DNA of 63,841 nt, filler included, from Caldilineae bacterium (GCA_037446815.1; 4 parts of 4 records of this genome joined end to end with filler, not necessarily neighbours in it); one strand, 5' to 3'. Positions 26,722-36,630 are shown, numbered from the whole stretch's first letter. Translations and numbers: made by a program. The notes: generated by a model from the letters alone, not told the origin.

Positions 26722-27750
26722 ATGAACACGATGGACATTTTGAGTTCTTTCGCAGACAGCGTGCGTTTTGTCCTGGAGGCGGACGCGGCGAACCCAGGCC
26801 CGCGCCTGTTGGCCCTGCGCGAACTGCTCCACCGCCCTGCCGATGATCCTGAAATCGCGGCAGCGCAGCGCGCCGCGATGGAGTCCGGCCCGGTGCCCGC
26901 CATCCTGGCCGCGCAGAACCCTGAGGGCTGGTGGGTCAAGCCCGGCTCGGGCTACGGGCCCAAGTACACCGGCACAGTTTGGTCGGTCATGTTCCTGGCC
27001 CAATTGGGCGCCGACGGCCGCGACCCTAGGGTGCGCGCCGGATGCGACTACATCCTGGATCACAGCCGCGCTCCCAACGGCGGCTTCAGCGCCGACGGCA
27101 AACACACCGGCTTGGTGCACTGCCTCCAGGGGAACCTGTGCGCTGCGCTGCTGGACCTGGGCTTTGGGGGCGACCCGCGACTAGACGCCGCCCTGGACTG
27201 GATGGCGCGCAGCGTTACGGGCGAGGGAATCGCGCCTGCGACGGAGACCAACGCGCCCGTGCGCTACTATCGCTCCGGCAACTCTGGCCCCGGCTTCGCG
27301 TGCTCGGCCAACAATCATGAGCCGTGCGCGTGGGGCGCGGTCAAAGTCCTGTGGGCGCTGGGCAAGGTACCGGAGACCTCCCGCATGCCTGCGATGCTCG
27401 CTGCCATCCGCACCGGTGTGGAGTTCCTGCTGAGCCGCGACCCTGCCGTGGCCGACTATCCCCATCCGTACGCGCCCAAGCCCAGCGGGAGTTGGTTCCA
27501 GTTCGGCTATCCGCTCGGCTACGTTACCGACCTGCTCCAGAACCTGGAAGCGTTGACGGCATTGGGGCACGGCAGCGATGCGCGAGTCAGGAACGCCGTT
27601 GACTTGGTGTTGGCCAAGCGGGACGCCCAGGGCCGCTGGTCCATGACCTACTCTTACAACGGGAAAATGTGGGCCGATGTGGAGCAGAAAGGCAAGGCAA
27701 GCCGCTGGGTAACCTTGCGCGCCTTGCGGGTGCTGGCGCGTGTCTCATAG
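26722..27750 (+). CDS. prenyltransferase/squalene-cyclase-like helical-repeat protein, function unknown
   Basis: ILAAQNPEGWW, YGPKYTGTVW, KRDAQGRW, SRWVTLRALRVL. Confidence 0.7.
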   Translation: MNTMDILSSFADSVRFVLEADAANPGPRLLALRELLHRPADDPEIAAAQRAAMESGPVPAILAAQNPEGWWVKPGSGYGPKYTGTVWSVMFLAQLGADGRDPRVRAGCDYILDHSRAPNGGFSADGKHTGLVHCLQGNLCAALLDLGFGGDPRLDAALDWMARSVTGEGIAPATETNAPVRYYRSGNSGPGFACSANNHEPCAWGAVKVLWALGKVPETSRMPAMLAAIRTGVEFLLSRDPAVADYPHPYAPKPSGSWFQFGYPLGYVTDLLQNLEALTALGHGSDARVRNAVDLVLAKRDAQGRWSMTYSYNGKMWADVEQKGKASRWVTLRALRVLARVS

Positions 27751-27798
27751 CACGGGCAACCCTGGGTGTTTGCTCAGAATGCGATTCCACCGCTGGGT

Positions 27799-27942
27799 TC
27801 GGTTCCAAAGTCTGTTGGTATTTGTCATTGCGAGGGCGCGGAGCGCCCGAAGCAATCTCCGGGGCGTGAGATTGCTTCACTTCGCTCGCAATGACACATG
27901 AGGAGAGTGCGCGCACGGTTCACCAACACAAGATGGAACCGA
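27799..27942. mobile_element. 144-bp MITE-like element, copy 2 (inverted), with flanking direct repeat
   Basis: same TIRs as copy 1; TCCACCGCTGGG at 27786-27797 and 27944-27955. Confidence 0.75.
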
Positions 27943-28171
27943 CTCCACCGCTGGGGGAGAGCGCATAAAGGCATAGCAGAAACGGGAATGACTTGATTCA
28001 CGCGAACGGCTCGGGACTTCAGCGCAAACACCCCGCAAGACCCTTCGCCCAGGGCAACGCTTGCTACGTAGGCACCCCCGCCCGCTTTGACAATTCGCCC
28101 GAATTCGGCTATCCTGGGCACAGTGATTACCTGCCGCCCTTCAGAATCCAGCCTTCAAAGGAGAGGACGAG

Positions 28172-28555
28172 ATGCATCTGAGAGCAGACAGCAGCAAGTG
28201 TTGTGGCTGTCGGGCGTGCCAAGTGGCCTGCTCCCTGGCCAACTTCGGAGAAAACAACCCCAAGAAGGCGCGCCTGGCGATTCACCCCCACTTCCCCGAC
28301 CCCGGCGTGTTTGAAGTCCGCACTTGTACCCAATGCGGCACCTGCGCCGAAGTGTGCCCGGTGGACGCCATCCCCGTGGACAAGAAAGGCGTGTACGACA
28401 TAGACCCCGAGAAGTGCATCGCCTGCATGGCCTGTGTGGAAGCCTGTCCCGAGGGCGTCATCTTCGTCCACCCCGACCGCGAAGCGCCCTTCAAGTGCAT
28501 CCGCTGTGGCCAGTGCGTCGCCCACTGCGGCATGTCCGTCCTGTGGATTGAATAG
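28172..28555 (+). CDS. 4Fe-4S ferredoxin-like subunit associated with AOR
   Basis: multiple CxxCxxCxxxC motifs; promoter TTGACA-17-TATCCT at 28087-28115. Confidence 0.92.
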   Translation: MHLRADSSKCCGCRACQVACSLANFGENNPKKARLAIHPHFPDPGVFEVRTCTQCGTCAEVCPVDAIPVDKKGVYDIDPEKCIACMACVEACPEGVIFVHPDREAPFKCIRCGQCVAHCGMSVLWIE

Positions 28556-28566
28556 GGAGGTGAGCC

Positions 28567-30399
28567 ATGCTATACGGATACGGCGGAAACATCCTGCGCA
28601 TTGACCTGACGAGCGGCGCCATCGCCACGGAACCCACCGACCCCAAAGTGGCCGAGAAGTTCCTCGGCGGGCGCGGCTTCGGCATCTACTTCCTGTTCAC
28701 CGAACTGCCCCGCGGCGCCGACCCGCTGGGGCCCGACAACTTGCTCATCATCTCGCCCGGCCCGCTGTCGGGCACGCTGGTGCCGGGCGCAGGCAAGTTG
28801 GACATCGCCTGCAAGTCGCCCCTGACCGGCGGGTATGCCGGCGCCAACGTGGGCGGCCTGCTCACCGCCGAAATTAAGTACGCGGGCTACGATTCCATCA
28901 TCCTGAAGGGCAAGGCCCCCAATCCCGTGTACATCTTCATTGACAACGACAAGGTGGAAATCCGCGACGCCTCCGACCTCTGGGGCAAAGGCTCGCTGGA
29001 GACCGAGAAGATCCTCAAAGACCGCCTGGGCGAGGAGTTCCAGATTGCCACCATCGGGCCAGGCGGCGAGAACGGCGTGAAGTACGCCTGCATCACCCAC
29101 GATTACGGGCGGCAGGCCGGGCGCGGCGGCGTCGGCACGGTCATGGGCTCCAAGAACGTGAAGGCCATCGCCGTGCGCGGCAACAAGAGCATCCCCGTGG
29201 CCGACGTGCAAGCCTTCCGCAGGGCCGCCCGCGCCCTGTACAAAGCCTGCAAGGAAAGCAGCGGCCTGCAGGTCTGGCAGCGCTACGGCACGGCAGGCGT
29301 TACCACATGGTCCAACGAAATCGGCGCATTCCCCACCCGCAACTTCTCCAGCGGCCAACTGGAGGGTCACGAAAACCTCAGCGGAGAGGTCATGCGCGAG
29401 AAAATCGTCATCACCGACAAGGGCTGCTTCGGCTGCCCAAGCCCCTGCGGCAAGTGGTCCCACGTCAAGAAGCACGGCGTGCGCGTGGAAGGGCCCGAGT
29501 ACGAATCCACCGCGCTCCTCGGCGGCGATTGCGCCCTGACCGACATTGAGGACGTCGCCTACGCCAACTACCTGGCCGACGACCTGGGCCTGGACTCCAT
29601 CTCGGCCGGCAACGTCATCGCCTTCGCCATGGAGTGCTACGAGCGCGGCATCCTCACCGACAAGGACACCGACGGCATCCGCCTCACCTTCGGCAACGCG
29701 GAAGCCGTCTTCGCCATGCTCAAGAAGATCGCCTACAAGGAAGGCATCGGCGCGGTCTTGGCCGAGGGCGTGAAGCGCGCATCCCAGGTCCTCGGCAAGG
29801 GGAGCGAAGCCTTCGCCATCCAAGCCAAGGGCATGGAGTTCAGCGGCTACGAATCCCACAACGCCCCGTCCATGCTCCTGTCGTACATGACGTGCGACGT
29901 GGGCGCCCATCACAACCGCTCGTGGGCCATCACCTACGACATCCAGACGGGGCGCGACACCGTTACGCCCGACAAGGCCGAGCGGGTCATCTACCTCCAG
30001 CACGTGCGCCCGCTGTTTGACGCCCTGGGCGCGTGCCGCTTGCAGTGGGTAGAGTTGGGCCTGGACCTCAACCTGTACGTGCCCGCTATCGCTGCCCTCA
30101 CGGGCCTGGAGCGCTCATGGGACGACCTGCTGAAGGTCTCCGAGCGCATCTGGAACCTCACGCGCCTGTTCTGGTTCCGCGAGGTGCCCGGCTTTGGCCG
30201 CGCGTGGGACATGCCCCCCGCCCGCTTCTACAAGGAGCCGGTGGTGAGCGGCCCCACCAAGGGCAAGGTGATGGCGCTGGGGGATGTGGAGCGCCTGCTG
30301 GATATGTACTACGAGCGGCGGGGATGGGACGCCGACGGCAGGCCCTCGCCGCAGAAACTGCAAGAACTGGGCCTGACCGAATTCGCCGCCGCGGTTTAG
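28567..30399 (+). CDS. tungsten aldehyde:ferredoxin oxidoreductase family protein
   Basis: LGGRG, KSPLTG, AGRGGVGTVMGSKNVKAI, CFGCPSPC, GPEYE, DDLGLDSIS, YYERRGWD. Confidence 0.93.
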   Translation: MLYGYGGNILRIDLTSGAIATEPTDPKVAEKFLGGRGFGIYFLFTELPRGADPLGPDNLLIISPGPLSGTLVPGAGKLDIACKSPLTGGYAGANVGGLLTAEIKYAGYDSIILKGKAPNPVYIFIDNDKVEIRDASDLWGKGSLETEKILKDRLGEEFQIATIGPGGENGVKYACITHDYGRQAGRGGVGTVMGSKNVKAIAVRGNKSIPVADVQAFRRAARALYKACKESSGLQVWQRYGTAGVTTWSNEIGAFPTRNFSSGQLEGHENLSGEVMREKIVITDKGCFGCPSPCGKWSHVKKHGVRVEGPEYESTALLGGDCALTDIEDVAYANYLADDLGLDSISAGNVIAFAMECYERGILTDKDTDGIRLTFGNAEAVFAMLKKIAYKEGIGAVLAEGVKRASQVLGKGSEAFAIQAKGMEFSGYESHNAPSMLLSYMTCDVGAHHNRSWAITYDIQTGRDTVTPDKAERVIYLQHVRPLFDALGACRLQWVELGLDLNLYVPAIAALTGLERSWDDLLKVSERIWNLTRLFWFREVPGFGRAWDMPPARFYKEPVVSGPTKGKVMALGDVERLLDMYYERRGWDADGRPSPQKLQELGLTEFAAAV

Positions 30400-30402
30400 G
30401 CC

Positions 30403-30627
30403 ATGGCCACCGTTGAACTGCTGGGCATCCTGCGCGAGCAGGCAAAGGCAGCGCCGGAGGATATCGGCCCTGCCGAGGGCAAGCGCGTGGCGGAGATAAT
30501 CCAGGCGCTGGGCGTGCCCACAGACCTGGTGGCATTCGTCATGGTCAACGGCCGGCAACAGCCGAAGACCTACGTAATCCAATCGGACGATCACGTCATC
30601 CTGATTCCGCTCATCGGCGGAGGCTGA
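30403..30627 (+). CDS. MoaD/ThiS family sulfur carrier
   Basis: 74 aa, MVNG, C-terminal GGG. Confidence 0.9.
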   Translation: MATVELLGILREQAKAAPEDIGPAEGKRVAEIIQALGVPTDLVAFVMVNGRQQPKTYVIQSDDHVILIPLIGGG

Positions 30628-30638
30628 CGTGCAGAGAC

Positions 30639-30683
30639 AGCGGGCCGACCGAGGGCGCTCGGCCCGCTTTTCTCTCTCTTTTC
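30639..30683 (+). terminator. intrinsic terminator after the Fd-AOR-MoaD operon
   Basis: AGCGGGCCGA...TCGGCCCGCT plus T-rich tail. Confidence 0.75.
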
Positions 30684-30718
30684 TGCGCCCGAATTCCAGT
30701 TCTCCAAAGGAGGTCTAT

Positions 30719-32074
30719 ATGGCTACAACTGCCAAAACCAAGGTGCTCAAACTTCCAGTTCCCGGCCCCAAGGCGCGCGCCCTGCTGGAGCGGGACGCCC
30801 GCAACGTCTCGCCGTCCTACACGCGTTCCTATCCGTTCGTCATGGAGCGCGGCCAGGGCACCGAGGTCTGGGATGTGGACGGCTACCGCTACCTGGACTT
30901 CAACGCGGGCATCGCCGTCAACGCCACCGGCCACAGCCACCCCGACGTGGTTCGGGCCATCCAGGAGCAGGCCGCCAAGTTCATCCACATGTCGGGCACG
31001 GACTTCTACTACCCCGTGCAGATTGAACTGGCCGAGAAACTCAACGCCCTGGCCCCCGGCAGCGAACCCAAACAACTCTTCTTCACCAACTCCGGCACCG
31101 AGTCCATTGAGGCGGCGCTGAAACTGGCGCGCTACTACACCCGCCGCCCGCGCATGATCGCCTTCATCGGCGCGTTTCACGGCCGGAGCATGGGGTCGCT
31201 GTCGCTGAACGGCTCCAAGGCGCTGCACAAGGCGGGGTTCGCGCCGTTGGTCTCCGAGGTAACGCACACGCCCTACGCCTATTGCTACCGCTGCCCCATG
31301 AACAAGACCTACGGCAAATGCCGCATTGACTGCGTGCGCTACCTGGAGGAGGTCATCTTCCAGCGCCTGGTTCCGCCCGAGGAGGTCGCCGCCATCTTCG
31401 TGGAGCCGATTCAGGGCGAGGGAGGGTACATCGTGCCCCCGCCCGAGTTCCTGCCCATGCTCCGCGAAATCGCCGACAAGTACGGGATTCTGCTGGTGGC
31501 CGACGAGATTCAGAGCGGCTTCGGGCGCACCGGCAAGATGTTCGCCGTGGAGCACTGGGGCGTCGTCCCGGACATCCTGGCCGTGGCCAAGGGCATCGCG
31601 TCGGGCATGCCCCTGGGCGCCATGATCGCCCGCCGGTCGCTCATGACCTGGAAGCCCGGCTCCCACGGCAACACCTTCGGCGGCAACCCCGTATCTTGCG
31701 CCGCCGCGCTGGAAACCATCCGCCTGATAGAGAACGGGTACATGCAGAACGCCGCGGTCATGGGCCAGCGCATGCTGGAAATCCTGGAGGAGCGCCGCCA
31801 CAAGCACCCGTCCATCGGCGACATTCGCGGCAAGGGCCTCATGGTCGGCGTGGAACTGGTGAAGAACCGCGAGACGAAGGAGATGGCGCCCAAACTGCGC
31901 GACGACGTGGTGATGAAAGCCTTTGAGCATGGGCTGCTCATCCTGGGGTGCGGCCCCAGCACCGTGCGGTTCATGCCGCCGCTCAACATCACGAAGGAGC
32001 ACCTGGAAGAGGGGCTGGACATCTTTGACGAGGTGCTGACCCTCGCCGAGCGCGAGGCGGGGTTGCTGTCGTAA
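30719..32074 (+). CDS. class III PLP aminotransferase (GABA/acetylornithine aminotransferase-like)
   Basis: NSGTESIEAA, AFHGRS, EPIQGEGG, DEIQSGFGRTG, AKGIASG; start MATTAK after AAGGAGG. Confidence 0.92.
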   Translation: MATTAKTKVLKLPVPGPKARALLERDARNVSPSYTRSYPFVMERGQGTEVWDVDGYRYLDFNAGIAVNATGHSHPDVVRAIQEQAAKFIHMSGTDFYYPVQIELAEKLNALAPGSEPKQLFFTNSGTESIEAALKLARYYTRRPRMIAFIGAFHGRSMGSLSLNGSKALHKAGFAPLVSEVTHTPYAYCYRCPMNKTYGKCRIDCVRYLEEVIFQRLVPPEEVAAIFVEPIQGEGGYIVPPPEFLPMLREIADKYGILLVADEIQSGFGRTGKMFAVEHWGVVPDILAVAKGIASGMPLGAMIARRSLMTWKPGSHGNTFGGNPVSCAAALETIRLIENGYMQNAAVMGQRMLEILEERRHKHPSIGDIRGKGLMVGVELVKNRETKEMAPKLRDDVVMKAFEHGLLILGCGPSTVRFMPPLNITKEHLEEGLDIFDEVLTLAEREAGLLS

Positions 32075-32195
32075 TCGTACTCACAGGGGCGAACACAAGG
32101 TTCGCCCCTTGTCTTTGCTCTCGCGGGAACCGCGAAGGACGCGATGACCACAAACCCATCCGTGCCGATTCGTGTGATTCGTGGATGGGTCTTTC

Positions 32196-32798
32196 TCACC
32201 CGCCCCGCCGCCCGTACCGCTCCATGAGCCGCTGCCGCGAAATCCAGAACTCGCAGTGGGTCAGCCCCGACATGCGCTTGCCCTTCAGCGAGGCGGGGTT
32301 GAACGTCCAGATGAGCCAGGTGGAATACAGGTTCTGCCACCAGCGGGCAAACCGCTCGCCGGGCGTTACGGCGTGGCGGGGCGCGGTGTCAAACCCCAGC
32401 CGCGCAAACAGCCGCTGCACCTGGTCGGCCTCCTGCCCCCGCATGGCCGCGCCCTCGCCATGCACCGCGACGGCATCGGCATACTCCGGGCTGGTTCGGA
32501 GAAACTCGGCGAGCAACTCCAGCGAGCGCACCATCCCGCGGTACATCGCCAGGCCCCATTGCAAGTCAGGGCCGTCGGCGCCCATGCGCGGAAGCCGCTC
32601 GTTCCACAGGTGGATTTCGCAGAGAAGATCGCCCGGACGAATCGGCGTCCCATCCGACAGGGTACGGGCTTGGGTTGCCCGCGCGGGGCCGATGCGGAGG
32701 ATGCAGCCCGGGTCATCGGTGAACTCCACGACGCCCAGCGAGCGCCGCAGCAGATAGTCAATCAGTTGGATTCCGCGCCGCGCCCAACGCGCCAACAT
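32196..32798 (-). CDS. YkoP-like protein
   Basis: TLSDGTPIRPGDLLCEIHLWNE, ARLGF, EFWISRQRL; start uncertain. Confidence 0.65.
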   Translation of the reverse strand: MLARWARRGIQLIDYLLRRSLGVVEFTDDPGCILRIGPARATQARTLSDGTPIRPGDLLCEIHLWNERLPRMGADGPDLQWGLAMYRGMVRSLELLAEFLRTSPEYADAVAVHGEGAAMRGQEADQVQRLFARLGFDTAPRHAVTPGERFARWWQNLYSTWLIWTFNPASLKGKRMSGLTHCEFWISRQRLMERYGRRGG

Positions 32799-32815
32799 GG
32801 GGCGTCCCCGCCTGC

Positions 32816-33418
32816 CTAGCGGTCGGTTACATCCGGCTTGGGCTTGCCGGGCACCTCGTGGCAGGCACGGCAGCGCGCCTCGTACACTTCCGCCGCGCCC
32901 ACCATGATGACGGGGTCGTCGTAGTTGGCGGGGCGGCCGTTGATGAGCCGCTGGGTGCGGCTGGCCGACCCTCCGCAGCGCACGCAGATGGCCTGCAACT
33001 TGTCCACCACCTCGGCCTGGGCCATCAGCAGCGGCATGGGGCCAAACGGCTCGCCGCGAAAGTCCATGTCCAGCCCGGCCACAATGACGCGCTTGCCCCG
33101 CTCCGCCAGTTCGGCGCACACGTCCGCGATGGCCCAGTCAAAGAACTGCACCTCGTCCACCGCCACCACGTCGGTGTCGTCCTCCACCAGCGCCAGGATA
33201 TCCGACGCGCGGCTCACCACGCGGGCGTCAAAGTGCATCCCGTTGTGCGACGAGACCTTCTCCGCATTGTAGCGAGTGTCCAGCGCAGGCTTGAACACCT
33301 GCACCTTCTGGCGCGCGATGGTGGCCCGCTTGACCCGGCGGATGAGTTCCTCGGTCTTGCCGCTGAACATGCTGCCGCAGATGACCTCAATCCAGCCGCC
33401 TGTGTGGGGGTGGAACAT
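32816..33418 (-). CDS. tdk: thymidine kinase
   Basis: [30 protein letters not shown], Zn-binding Cys, YEARCRAC. Confidence 0.96.
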   Translation of the reverse strand: MFHPHTGGWIEVICGSMFSGKTEELIRRVKRATIARQKVQVFKPALDTRYNAEKVSSHNGMHFDARVVSRASDILALVEDDTDVVAVDEVQFFDWAIADVCAELAERGKRVIVAGLDMDFRGEPFGPMPLLMAQAEVVDKLQAICVRCGGSASRTQRLINGRPANYDDPVIMVGAAEVYEARCRACHEVPGKPKPDVTDR

Positions 33419-33520
33419 GTTCGCCTCCTCGTGGAAACGAATAAGGCAGACCCGCCAAGGTCTGCCTTACGGATACAAGGTCGCGTTCACGTGCGGAGTC
33501 CCATGCCGGCGAGGGGTGCG

Positions 33521-33871
33521 CTATTCCTCGCCGGGCTGCGCTTCGCCGCTCTCCGCTGCGGGGGTCTCCGCCTCGGCCTCCGCGAAGATCATGCGGCGTC
33601 GGCGCTTGCGCTCTTCCTTCTCGCGGACGGCCGCCTCGGCGCGCTCCTGCGCTGCCGCGTCAAATTCCGCCTTCGCCTCAAGGCGCTTCACGAACCGGTC
33701 CACCTGCCCTGCGGTGTCCACGATGCGCTGCTCGCCCGTGAAGAACGGGTGGCACACGTTGCACAGGTCGGTGTGAATCTCCGGCTTGGTGGAGCCGGTC
33801 GTCCACGTATTGCCACAGGAGCAGATGACCTTGGCGTTGGGATAGTATTTTGGATGAATGCCCTTCTTCAT
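33521..33871 (-). CDS. rpmE: 50S ribosomal protein L31 (Zn-binding type) with charged C-terminal extension
   Basis: MKKGIHPKY, CSCG, CNVCHPFFTG. Confidence 0.96.
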   Translation of the reverse strand: MKKGIHPKYYPNAKVICSCGNTWTTGSTKPEIHTDLCNVCHPFFTGEQRIVDTAGQVDRFVKRLEAKAEFDAAAQERAEAAVREKEERKRRRRMIFAEAEAETPAAESGEAQPGEE

Positions 33872-33875
33872 AACG

Positions 33876-34136
33876 CTACTGCCTCTCCGGGTACACGCTT
33901 ACGCGCTTCCTGTCGCCCTTGAAGTCCTCAAACTTCACGTAGCCGTCAATGGTGGCGAAAAGCGTGTAATCGCTGCCCATGCCCACGTTCTGCCCAGGGT
34001 GAATCTTCGTGCCGCGTTGGCGCACGAGGATTGTCCCGGACGACACCAACTGTCCATCAAATCGCTTGACGCCGAGGCGCTTGGCCTCGCTATCGCGACC
34101 GTTGCGGCTGGAGCCGCCGCCCTTCTTGTGAGCCAT
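33876..34136 (-). CDS. rpmA: 50S ribosomal protein L27
   Basis: [16 protein letters not shown]. Confidence 0.97.
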   Translation of the reverse strand: MAHKKGGGSSRNGRDSEAKRLGVKRFDGQLVSSGTILVRQRGTKIHPGQNVGMGSDYTLFATIDGYVKFEDFKGDRKRVSVYPERQ

Positions 34137-34155
34137 ATCCTAATCCTCCTGGCGG

Positions 34156-34467
34156 TTACGCCTCAATGCGGTCAATGCGCAGCCGGGTGAACTGTTGCCG
34201 ATGGCCCGACCGCCGCCGATACCGCTTCTTGGCCCGATACTTGAACACGAGAATCTTGCGGTAGGCGTCCTGCAAGGTAACCGTCGCCTCAACCTTGGCG
34301 CCTTCCACGCTCGGATTCCCGACCTTCACGCCCTTGTCCGTCGCCACAAGGAGAACCTTATCCAGGCTCACCTTTTCGCCGACGGCGAAGGGCAGTTTGT
34401 CCACTTCAATCGTCTGACCGACGTGAACCTTGTACTGTTTCCCGCCGGTCTCCACAACCGCGTACAC
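34156..34467 (-). CDS. rplU: 50S ribosomal protein L21
   Basis: YAVVETGGKQYKV, GHRQ; GTG start. Confidence 0.97.
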   Translation of the reverse strand: MYAVVETGGKQYKVHVGQTIEVDKLPFAVGEKVSLDKVLLVATDKGVKVGNPSVEGAKVEATVTLQDAYRKILVFKYRAKKRYRRRSGHRQQFTRLRIDRIEA

Positions 34468-34540
34468 GACTCATACCTCCGCGAGACATCTGGATTGCGC
34501 TCCACACCGGGGCAATCGGAATTGCAATCCGCGAAAGGAC

Positions 34541-34569
34541 ATTATAGGGACAATCCCCAAAGATGTCAA
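34541..34569 (-). promoter_or_regulatory. consensus promoter of rplU-rpmA-rpmE
   Basis: TTGACA-17-TATAAT. Confidence 0.9.
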
Positions 34570-34780
34570 AAACGCACCGCAGGGACACGTGCGGTTCCGA
34601 AGTGTGTTGGTGCCGCCGTCATTCTCACTCAGCCGCGAGGAATCTCGCAACCCGAGACCCTTCGCTTCGCTCAGGGTGACAAGCCGGCCATTGGCCGACG
34701 GCCGCTAGCCTTTAGCCACCAGCCCCGCGCGGCCCTGCGCCCACAACTGTCATTCCGAGCGGCAAAGCCGCGAGGAATCT

Positions 34781-34880
34781 NNNNNNNNNNNNNNNNNNNN
34801 NNNNNNNNNNNNNNNNNNNNNNNNTTAATTAATTAANNNNNNNNNNNNNNNNNNNNNNNNNNNNNNNNNNNNNNNNNNNN
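34781..34880. other. artificial contig junction
   Basis: N44-TTAATTAATTAA-N44. Confidence 0.97.
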
Positions 34881-36390
34881 CGATGTCCAGGATGGCGAAG
34901 GCGATGAAGAGGCAGTGGCCGGTGGAGTCAATGAAGGCGGTGGTTGCCTGGAAGGCTCGGCTGAGCGCGGCCTTGCCCTCGGGGCTGAGCGGGTCCACCT
35001 TGCCGCTGACGCCGAGGATTTCCGGCGCGATGGTGTAGCCGGAGGTGTGATCGGCGCCCATGGGCGTCGTGGCGTAGGTGATGCCGATGCCCTTGACGGC
35101 GCGCGGCTCATAGGCGGGCATGGACTGGCCCTTGACGGTGGGCACGCGGGTTAGGCCGAAGGCTTTGCCGGCGAAGGCCGTGCCGCCGCCCAGGATGCGG
35201 CCCATCGGCGTGCCCTTGCCCATCTCGTGCACGAGGTTGATGGCGCCCTTCCCATCGCCGAACTTGATGACGCCGGCTTCCATGGCGACGGCCAGCGTGG
35301 TGCCGGTCTCAATGGTGTCCAGGCCGTAGGCGTTGCACAGGCGCACGAGTTCGGCGATGTCGTCCAGGTTGTCAATGCCGCAGTTGGCGCCCAGCGACCA
35401 GTCGGACTCGTACTCCACGCAGGAGACATGCTCTGTGCCGTCGGGCTTATGCCAGGTGTTGGAGCACTGGATAATGCAGCCCGGGCTGCAGGCGTGGTTG
35501 TAGAGTTCCTTGCCGAGGCGCTTCTTGTTGCCCTCAAAGATGGCCTCGCCCGCGATCTTGGCCGCGCCCTCAAAGCGGCCGCTGGAGAAGTTGCGGGTGG
35601 GCAGGCCGCCTGCCTCGTTGAGGATGTTGATGAGCACCGCGGTGCCATAGGTGTTCAGGCCGCCCTTGGGCTTGGTGATGTCGTGGGCGCGGAGGGCATC
35701 AATGAGTTTCTTGCGCCCCTCGTCAAAGAGGGCCTTGTCCTTGAGGGCGACGCCAGGCGCGCCCTTGGGGTCCACGACGATGAACTTGAGGCCCCTGCTC
35801 GCCATAACCGCGCCCATGCCGCCGCGCCCGGAGTAGCGGCTCGGCCGTCCGGCCATGTCGTTGAACACCACGCCGGAGTTGCCGTAGCCGAATTCGCCCG
35901 CATTGCCAGTGCCGGCGATGGAGACTTTGTCGCCGAACTTGGCGTGGAGTTTCGGGAAGACCTCGTAGAGGTCTTTGCCGGCGTATTCATTCGCGGCCAT
36001 GAACTTTACCTTGGGCTTGCCGGCGGCGGCGTCCCAGGTCAATAGCGCCATGTGGTAGCCCTTGGCCCGGCCCTCAACTACGATGGCCTTGATCTGCATG
36101 TTGGCGACATGCTGCGCCCAGGATGTGCCGGCGTTGGACTCCTTGATGCCGCCGGTGAGGGGCGACTTGGCGCCAACCGATACGCGGGCCGAGGTTGGCG
36201 CGGCGGTGCCGGTTACGATGCCCGGGGCGAATACGATTTTGTTGTTGGGGCCGAGCGGATGGCACAGCGGGGGTACTTCATCGTGGACGATGGTGGAGGT
36301 CAATCCGCGGCCACCCAGATGCTGGTACTTTGCGGGCACCTCCTCAAGCCGATAGGACAGGTCTGCCATGTTCAACCGAAGGATCCACAT
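34881..36390 (-). CDS. second aldehyde:ferredoxin oxidoreductase family protein (3' end lost at contig edge)
   Basis: LGGRGLTS, KSPLTGGIKESN, GRGGMGAVM, CSPGCIIQC, EYES, YGLDTIE; start MWILRL after AAGGAGGTG. Confidence 0.92.
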
Positions 36391-36454
36391 TTTGAACACC
36401 TCCTTGTGATTTGTGGGGGCAGGAACGCTGCCCAAATGCCGATCCGATTGTCAA

Positions 36455-36580
36455 AACAAAAGGCAACGTCGGCCCCTCTTGGGGACCTCGGTTGCCTCCT
36501 TTGCGAACACGGCAGGCGCAGGGATTGCTCCCTACACCCTATCGCCCATTCCTCCCGACGGGAGGAGATGGGTCGGAGGT
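36455..36580 (-). promoter_or_regulatory. Moco/tungsten-cofactor riboswitch-like motif with downstream terminator
   Basis: CCTCCGA ... TAGGGTG-TAGGGA-GCAA-TCCCTG-CGCCTGCCGTGTTC-GCAAAGGAGG, then AGGCAAC...GTTGCCT-TTTGTTTT; lies 5' of an AOR gene. Confidence 0.8.
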
Positions 36581-36630
36581 TTGTCCCGGGTGCTTGGTTG
36601 TGGTCATGAAGAATTCTATCTTGCGAATAC

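Noticed and set aside
26722..27750. Nitrogenase-related or true squalene cyclase call
   Set aside because: No P-loop or NifH Fe-S motifs, no DXDD motif, and too short for a cyclase.
30625..30720. Selenocysteine read-through of the TGA after MoaD
   Set aside because: MoaD needs a free C-terminal Gly-Gly and the downstream hairpin has a T-tail typical of a terminator.
32816..34467. tdk next to ribosomal protein genes as unusual
   Set aside because: rpmE-tdk linkage is a common arrangement.
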